A stretch of 64,000 bases of DNA from positions 11,488,001 through 11,552,000 of the forward strand of contig CP086569.2 in NCBI GenBank assembly GCA_009914755.4, in the 5' to 3' direction. Positions 53,201 through 64,000 of this stretch are shown one piece after another. The translations under genes and the position numbers were made by a program. This DNA comes from the human T2T-CHM13v2.0 reference genome, Homo sapiens. The notes beneath the pieces are model-generated. The model saw only the letters and a list, made by a program, of their open reading frames with translations. It was not told where the DNA came from and did no database searches. The stretch's first letter is position 1, and each line of letters begins with the position of its first letter.

Positions 53201-54110
53201 TCCATCACCTGGGTGATCAGTGCAGAGGTATGTCACAATGCCCCCTTTTGGCAGAACCTACACAAGGGTTGCATCACCTGGGGGATCAGTGCAGAGATAT
53301 GTCGCAATACCCCCTGTAAGCAGAGCCTAGACAAGAGTTACATCACCTGGGTGATCAGTGCAGAGATATGTGACGAGGCCCCTTTAAGCAGAGCCTAGAC
53401 AATAGTTACATCACCTGAGTGATCAGTGCAGAGATCTGACGCAATGCCCCTTTAGGCAGAGCTTAGACCAGAGTTACATCACCTGGGTGATCAGTGCAGA
53501 GATATGTCACAATGCCCCCACAGGCAAATCCAAGACAAGAGTCCGTCACATGGGTGATCAGTGCAGAAATATGTGACAATTCCCCCAATAAGCAGAGCCT
53601 ATAGAAGAATCCCATCACCTGGGTGATCAGTGAAGAGATATTTCACAATGCCCCTGCAGGCAGAGCGTAAGCAATAGTTGCATCACCTAGGTGATCAGTG
53701 CAGAGAAATGTCACAAGGCCCCCTATAGGCAGAGCATGTACAACAGTTAAATCACCTCGGAGATCAATGCAGTGATATGTCACTATGCCCCGTAGGCAGA
53801 ACCTAGTCAAGCGTTACATCACCTGGGTGATCAGTGCAGAGATATGTCACAAAGTCCCCATAAATAGAGCCTAGACAAGGGTCCCATCACCTGGGTGATC
53901 AGTGCAGAAATATGTCACAATGTCCCCATAGGCAGATCTAACACAAGAGTTACATCACCTGGGTGATAGGTGTAGAGATATGTCACAATGCCCCCATGGG
54001 CAGAGCCTAGAATAAAGTCCCATCAGCTGGGTGATCAGTGTAGAGATATGTCACAAAGCCCTGTAAGCAGAGCCTAGACAACTGTTACATCACTTTGTTG
54101 ATCAGTTCAG
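50248..54110 (+). repeat. Beta satellite array C (~57 monomers, 3.9 kb) containing an internal ~1.02-kb (15-monomer) higher-order duplication
   Basis: The marker monomer pairs giving ORFs 51962..52144(-) and 52078..52305(+) recur at 52986..53168(-) and 53084..53398(+). Equivalents are 43883 and 43981 in array B, and 58322 and 58420 in array D. Confidence 0.92.
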
Positions 54111-56888
<2,778 letters not shown>

Positions 56889-59800
56889 GCCTGGAGAATA
56901 GTTATATCTCCTGGATGATCGGTTCAGGAATATATCAAAATGCCCGCTCCCTGCGGAGCCTAGAGAAGATTTGCATCATTTGGGTTACCAGTGCAGAGAT
57001 ATATCACAATGTCCCCTGTACAAAAAGCCTGGAAATGATTTACATCACCTAGGTGATCAGTGCATAGGTATGTCAGAAATCCCCAGTAGGCTAAACATAG
57101 ACAAGGGTTACATCACTTAGGTGCTCAGTGTAGAGATATTTGAAAATTCCCGTGTAGACACAGCCTAGACAAGTGTTACATCACCTAGTGACCAGTGCAG
57201 GGTTAAGTCGTAAAGCCTCCTCTAGGCAGAGTGTAGACAAGTGTTTCCTCCTTGGGGTGATCAGTGCAGAGATATGTCACAAAGCCCCTGTAAGCAGAAC
57301 CTTGACAAGGGTTACATCACCTGTTTGATCAGTGGAAATGTATATCACAACCTGTAGGCAGAACGTAGAAAAGAGTTCCCTCCCCAGGGTGATCAGTGCA
57401 GAGATGTGTCACAAAGCCCCTGTAGGCAGAGCCTAGACAAGTGTTTCATCAATTGCTTGATCAGTTCAGAGATGTGTAACAATGTCCATGTAGGCAGATC
57501 TAAGTCAAGAGTCCATCACCTGAGTGATCAGTGCAGAGATATGTGCCAATGTTTCTTGTAGGCAGTGCCTAGACACGAGTTGCATCACCTCAGAAATCAG
57601 TGCATAGATATGTCACAAAGCCTACTGTAGGCAAAGCCCATAAAAGGCTTACATTAACTAGGTGATCAGTGCAGTGATACATCACAAAAATCTCTGTAGA
57701 CAGAGCCTAGACAAGAGTTACATCACCTGGGTGATCAATGCAGATATTTGACACAATGCCCCCATAGACAGAGCCTAAACAAGACTTCCATCACCTGGGT
57801 GATCAGTGCAGAGATATGTCACAAATCCCCGTCTAGGCAGAGTATAGAGAAGAGTCCCATCACCTGGGTGATCAGTGCAGAGATATTTCACAATGCCCCT
57901 TGTAGGCAGAGAGTGTACAAGAGTTACATAACCTAGGTGATCTGTGCAGAGCTGTGTCAAAACGCCCCTGTAGGCAGAGCCTAGATAAATGTTACATCAC
58001 CTGGGTGATCAGTGCAGAGATATGTCACAATACCCCCTGTAGGTGGAGCCTAGACAAGAGTTACCTCACCTGGGTGATCAGTGCAGAGATATGTCACAAA
58101 GCCCCTGTAGACAGAGCCTAAACAAGGGTTACATCACCTGGGTGATCAGTGCAGAAATCTGTCACAAAGTCCCTGTAGGCCGAGCCTAGACAAGTGTTAT
58201 ATCTCCAGGGTGATCAGTGCAAAGATATATCACAAAGCCCCTGTAGACAAATCCCAGAAAATTGTTACATCACCTGGGTAATCAGTGGAGATATCTGTCA
58301 CAATTCCTCTTTTGCCGCAGCTTAGACAAGCATTACATCACATGAGTGATCAGTGCAGAGATATGTCACTATGCCCCCATAGTCAGATCCAAGACAAGAG
58401 TCCATCACCTGAGTGATCAGTGCAGAAATATGCCACAATGCCGCCAATAGGCAGATATAGACAAGAGTTACATCACCTGCGTGATCACTGCAGAGATATG
58501 TCACAATGCCCCTGTAGGCAGAGCCTAGACAAGAGTCCCATCACCTGGGTGATCAGTGCAGAGTTATGTCACAATGCCCCCTTTTGGCAGAGGCTAGACA
58601 AGGGTTACATCACCTGGGTGATCAGTGCAGAGATGTCTCACAAGCCCCCTATAGCCAGAGTCTAGACAAGAGTTACATCAGCTGTGTGATCAGTGCAGTG
58701 ACATGTCACAATGTCCCTGTAGCCATATCCTTGACAAAAGTGACTTCACCAGGTTGATCATTGTGGAGATATGTCACAATGTCTCCAGTAGGCAGAGCCT
58801 AGACAAAAGTTACATCACCTGGGTGATGAGGGCAGGGATATGTCACAATGCCCCCGGTAAGCAGATCCCAGACAAGAGTTGCATCACCTCGGTGATCAAT
58901 GCAGAGATATGTCTCAATGCCCCCTCTTGGTGAAGCCTATAAGAGAGTTACATCATCTCGGTGATCAGTGCAGTGATTTGTTAAATTGCCCCTGTAGGCA
59001 GAGCCTAGACAAGTGTTACATCACCTGCGTGATCCGTGCAGAGATATCTCACAATACACCCTGTAAGCAGAGCCTAGAAAAGAGTTACATCACCTGGGTG
59101 ATCAGTGCAGAGATATGTCATAAACCCCACTGTAAGCAAAGCCTAGACAAGTTTTACATCACCTCAGCGATCAGTGCAGTGATAGCTCCCAATGTCCCTC
59201 TAGGCAGAGCTTAGACAAGAGTCACATCTCCTGGGTGATCAGTGTAGAGATAAGTCACAATGCCCCTATAGGCAGAGCATAGACCAGAGTTACATAATCT
59301 GGGTGATCCCTGCGGAGTGATTTCACAACGCCCTCTGTAGGCAGAGACTAGAAAAGAGTTACATCACCTGGGTGATCAGTGCAGAAATATGTCAAAATGC
59401 CCCGTGTAGGCAGAACATAGAGAAGACCTGCATCACCTGGGTGATCCTTGCAGAGATATGTCACAATGTCCCCTGTAGGCAGAACATAGAGAAGAGTTGC
59501 ATCACCTGGGTGATCAGTGCAGAGATAGGTCTCAATGTCCCCTGTAGGCAAAGCCTAGGCAAGAGTTACATGACCTTTTTCATCAGTTCAGGGATATGTG
59601 AAAACGCCCCTGTAGGCAGATCCTAGACAAGATTTGAATCACCTAGGTGATCAGTGCAGAGATATTTCACAATGCCCAGTTATGGCAGAGGGTAACAAGA
59701 GTTACATCACCTAGGTGATCAGTGCAGAGATTTGTCAAAATTCCCTGTAGGCAGTGCTTATAAAAGTGTTACATCACCTAAGTGATCAGTGCAGAGATAT

Positions 59801-62800
59801 GTCACAAAGCTCCTGTAGGCAGAACTTAGATGAGCTACATCACCTGGGTGATCAGTGCAAATGTATGTCAAAAAGTCCCCTGAAGGCAAAGCCTAGAGTA
59901 TAGTTACATCACTTGGGTGATCAGTGCCGAGATCTCTCACAATTCCCCTGTAGGCAGAGCTTATACAACAGTTACATCACCTGGGTGATCAGTGCAGAGA
60001 TATGTCACAATGCCCACATAGGCAAATCCAAGACAAGAGTCCGTAACCTGGGTGATCAGTGCAGAGATATGTGAGAATTCCCGTGTAGACAGAGCCTAGA
60101 GAAGTGTAACATAACATAGGTTATCAGTGCAGGTATAAGTCATAAAGCCTCCTGTAGGCAGAGCTTAGACAAGAGTTCCCTCACCAGGGTGAACAGTGCA
60201 GAGATGTGTCACAAAGCCCCGTAGGCAGAGCCTAGACAAGAGTTTCATCACTTGGTTGATCAGTTCAGAGATGTGTGACAATGTCCATGTAGGCAGATCT
60301 AAGACAAGAGTCCATCACCTGGGTGTTCAGTGCAGAGATATGTACCAATGTCCCCTGTAGGCAGTGCCTAGACAAGAGTTGCATCACCTCAGAGAACAGT
60401 GCATAGGTATGTCACAAAGCCTTCTGTAGGTAAAGCCCATACAAGGCTTACATCACCTAGGTGATCAGTGCAGTGATAAGTCACAAAAATACCTGTGGAC
60501 AGAGCCTAGAAAAGAGTTACATCACCTGGGTGATCAGTGCAGATATTTGACACACTGCCCCCATAGACAGAGCCTAGACAAGAATTCCATCACCTGGGCA
60601 ATCAGTGCAGATATATGTCACAAATCCCCCTCTAGGCAGAGTATAGAGAAGAGTCCTATCACCTGGGTGATCAGTGCAGAGATATTTCACAATGCCCCCT
60701 GTAGGCAGAGAGTGGACAAGAGTTACATAACTTAGGTGATCTGTGCAGAGCTAAGTTAAAACGCCCCTGTAGGCAGGGCCTAGATAAATGTTACATCACC
60801 TGGCTGATCAGAGCAGAGATACGTCACAATACACCCTGTAGGTGGAGACTAGACAAGAGTTATATCACCTGGGTGATCAGTGCGGAGATACTTCACAATA
60901 CCCCCTGTAGTTGGAGCCTACACAAGAGTTACATCTCCTGGGTGATCAGTGCAAAGATATGTCACAAAGCCCCCTGTAGACAAATCCCAGAAAATTGTTA
61001 CATCACCTGGGTGATCAGTGGAGATATCTGTCACAATTCCCCTTTAGGCGCAGCTTAGACAAGCGTTACATCACATGAGTGATCAGTGCAGAGATATGTC
61101 ACTATGCCGCCATAGGCAGATCCAAGACAAGTGTCCATCTCCTGAGTGATCAGTGCAGAAATATGCGGCAATGCCCCCTTAGGCAGAGCCTATACAACAT
61201 CACCATCAGCTGGATGATCAGTGCAGATTTATATCACAAATTCCCCTTAGGCAGATACTAGACAAGAGTTACATCACCTGGGTGTTCAGTGCAGAGTTAT
61301 GTCAAAATGCCCCCTTTTGGCAGAGCCTAGACAAGGGTTACATCACCTGGGTGATCAGTGCAGAGATCTGTCACAAGCCCCATGTAGCCAGAGCCTAGAC
61401 AAGAGTTACATCAGCTGTGTGATCAGTGCAGTGACTTGTCACAATGTCCCTGTTGTAGCCATATTCCTGACAAAAGTGACATCACCTGGGTGATCAGTGC
61501 GGAGATATGTCACAATGTCTCCAGTAGGCAGAACCTAGACAAGAGTTACATTACCTGGGTGATCAGGGCAGAGATATGTCACAATGCCCCGTGAAAGCAG
61601 ATCCCAGACAAGAGTTGCATCACCTTGGTGATCAGTGCAGAGATATGTCTCAATGCCCCCTGTCAGCGAAGCCTAAACACGAGTTACATTATCTCGGTGA
61701 TCAGTGCAGTGATATGTGAAAATGCCCCTGTAGGCAGAGCCTAGACAAGAGTTACATTACCTGGGTGATCAGTGCAGACATATTTCACAATACCCCCTGT
61801 AAGCAGAGCCTAGACAAGAGTTACATCACCTGGGTGATCAGTGCAGAGATATGTCATAAATCCCACTGTAGGCAAAGCCTAGACAAGTTTTACATCACAT
61901 CAGCGGTCAGTGCAAAGATATGTCCCAATGTTCCTCTAGGCAGAGCTTATACAATAGTCACATCTCCTGGGTTATCAGTGCAGTGATAAGTCACAATGCC
62001 CGCATAGGCAGAGCCTAGACAAGAGTTACATAACCCGGGTGATCCGTGCAGAGTAATGTCACAATGCCCTCTGTAGGCAGAGCCTAGAAAAGAGTTACAT
62101 CACCTGGGTGATCAGAGCAGAGATATGTCATAATGCCCCCTGTAGGCAGAGCATAGAGAAGAGTTTCATCACCTGGGTGATCAGTGCAGAGATATTTCCC
62201 AATACCCCTGTAGGCAGATCCAAGACAAGAGTTGAATCACCTGAGTGATCAGTGCAGAGATATTTCACAATGCCCCCTTTGGGCAGAGGGTAGAAAAGAC
62301 TTACATCACCTATGTGATCAGTGCAGAGATTTGTCAAAGTTCCCTGTCGGCAGTGCTTAGAAAACTGTTACATCACCTAAGTGATCAGTGCAGAGATATA
62401 TCAAAAAGCTCCTGTAGGCAGAACTTAGATGAGTTACATCACCTGGGTGACAAGTGCAAAGGAATGTTACAAAGCCCCCTGTAGGCAAAGCCTAGACAAT
62501 AGTTACATCACTTTGGTGATCAGTGGCGAGACCTCTCACAATTCCCCTGTAGGCAGAGCTTATACAACAGTTACATCACCTGGGCGATCAGTGCAGAGAT
62601 ATGTCACAATGCCCCCATAGGCAGATCGAAGACAAGAGTCTGTCACCTGGGTGATCAGTGCAGAAATATGTCACAATGCCCCCTTAGGCAGAGCCTATAC
62701 AACAGCCCCATCAGCTGGATGATCAGTGCAGATTTATATCACAAAGTCCCCTTAGGCAGATACTAGACAAGAGTTACATCACCTGGTTGATCAGTGCAGA

Positions 62801-64000
62801 GTTATGCCACAATGCCCCTGTAGGCTGAGCCTAGACAAGAGTTACATGACCTAGGTGATCAGTGCAGAGATACATCGCAATGCCCCTGTAGGCAGAGCCT
62901 TGACAAGTGGTATATCACCTGGGTGACCATTGCATTGATATGTCACAAAGCACCCTATAGGGAGATCCTAGAGAAGAGTTATATCACCTGGGTGGTCAGT
63001 GCAGAGTTATGTCACAAGCCCCTGTAGGCAGAGCCTAGACAAGAGTTATAACACCTGGGTGATCAGTGCAGTGATATGTCACAATGCCGTATAGCCAGAG
63101 CCTAGACTAAAGTTACAGCACCTGGGAGATAAGTGCAGAGATATGTCACAAAGTCCCCAGTAGGCAGAGACCAGGTAAGAGTTGGATCATCTCGGGATCA
63201 GTGCAGAGATATGTCTCAATCCCCCTGTGGGCACAGCCTAGACAAGAGTTACATCACCTCGTTTAACAGTGCAGAGATATGTCAAAATGCCCCTGTAGGC
63301 AGAGCCTACACAAGTGTTACATCACTTAGGTGATCAGTGCAGATATATGTCACAATACCCCCTGTAAGCAGAGCCTAGACAAGAGTTACATCACCTGGGT
63401 GATCAGTGCAGAGATATGTGACAAGGCCCCTTTAAGCAGAACCTAGACAATTGTTACATCACCTGAGTGATCAGTGCGGAGAACTGTCAAAATGCCCCTT
63501 TAGGCAGAGCTTAGATCAGAGTTACACCGCCTGGGTGATCAGTGCAGAGATATCTCACAATACCCCCTGTAAGCAGAGCCTAGACAAGAGTTACATCACC
63601 TGGGTGATCAGTGCAGAGATATGTCATAAATCCCACTGTAGGCAAAGCCTAGACAAGTTTTACATCACCTCAGCGAAAAGTGCAGAGATATATCCCAATG
63701 TCCCTCTAGGCAGAGCTTAGCCAAGAGTCACATCTCCTGGGTGATCAGTGCAGAGATAAGTCACACTGCCCCCATTGGCAGAGCCTAGAGAAGAGTTATA
63801 TGACTGGGGTGATCCGTGCAGAGTGATATCACAACGCCCTCTGTAGCCACAGAGTAGAAAATAGTTACATCACCTGGGTGATCAGTGCAGAGATATGTCA
63901 CAATGCCCCTGTAGGTAGAGCATAGAGAACAGTTGCATCACCTGGGTGATCAGTGCAGAAATATGTGACAATGCCTCCAGTAGGCAGAGCCTAGAGAAGA
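56889..64000 (+). repeat. Beta satellite array D (runs to the window end; >104 monomers)
   Basis: 68-bp monomers. The first ~2 kb is colinear with the starts of arrays B and C. Confidence 0.93.

Overview
This window is human or primate DNA at a euchromatin-to-heterochromatin boundary; nothing in it is prokaryotic, and no CRISPR, operon, rRNA or tRNA can be supported.

(1) Positions 1 to about 24,200 are AT-rich, gene-poor unique DNA full of retroelements. These include one full-length but ORF-dead L1 on the minus strand (1363-7494), three further L1 fragments, three Alu elements (one with a perfect 11-bp target-site duplication), a dinucleotide microsatellite and a pair of ~160-bp direct repeats.

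(2) Positions 24,205 to 37,440 are (ATTCC)n classical satellite (HSat3-like) in two sub-blocks. The first is a diverged block that carries 16 copies of a ~60-bp antisense Alu right-arm fragment at irregular 180-590-bp spacing. The second is a cleaner block that carries the HSat3-diagnostic ACTCGGGTTG decamer.

(3) Positions 37,474 to 64,000 are 68-bp beta (Sau3A) satellite. Three GC-rich units of about 2.77 kb, D4Z4/DUX4-like double-homeobox pseudogenes, sit in it at identical breakpoints inside a beta monomer, which shows that a single composite DUX4L plus beta-satellite macro-repeat was amplified (periods about 8.0 and 6.6 kb).

All three DUX4-like copies are pseudogenes. Copies 2 and 3 share an in-frame CGA>TGA stop between the two homeodomains. 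Copy 1 has a -1 frameshift at the same place. Copy 1 still has a 208-codon ORF with an apparently intact first homeodomain, downstream of a TATAAG box. Copy 3 keeps an intact C-terminal end.

The very long ORFs in the six-frame track across the satellites (up to 684 aa) are artifacts: ATTCC/GGAAT has no stop codon in any frame, beta-satellite ORFs simply run across 68-bp monomers, and the GC-rich DUX4L units are stop-poor on both strands.

I do not see a genuinely novel biological system here. The most interesting biology is the DUX4-like macro-satellite organisation and the Alu-punctuated satellite III subfamily.
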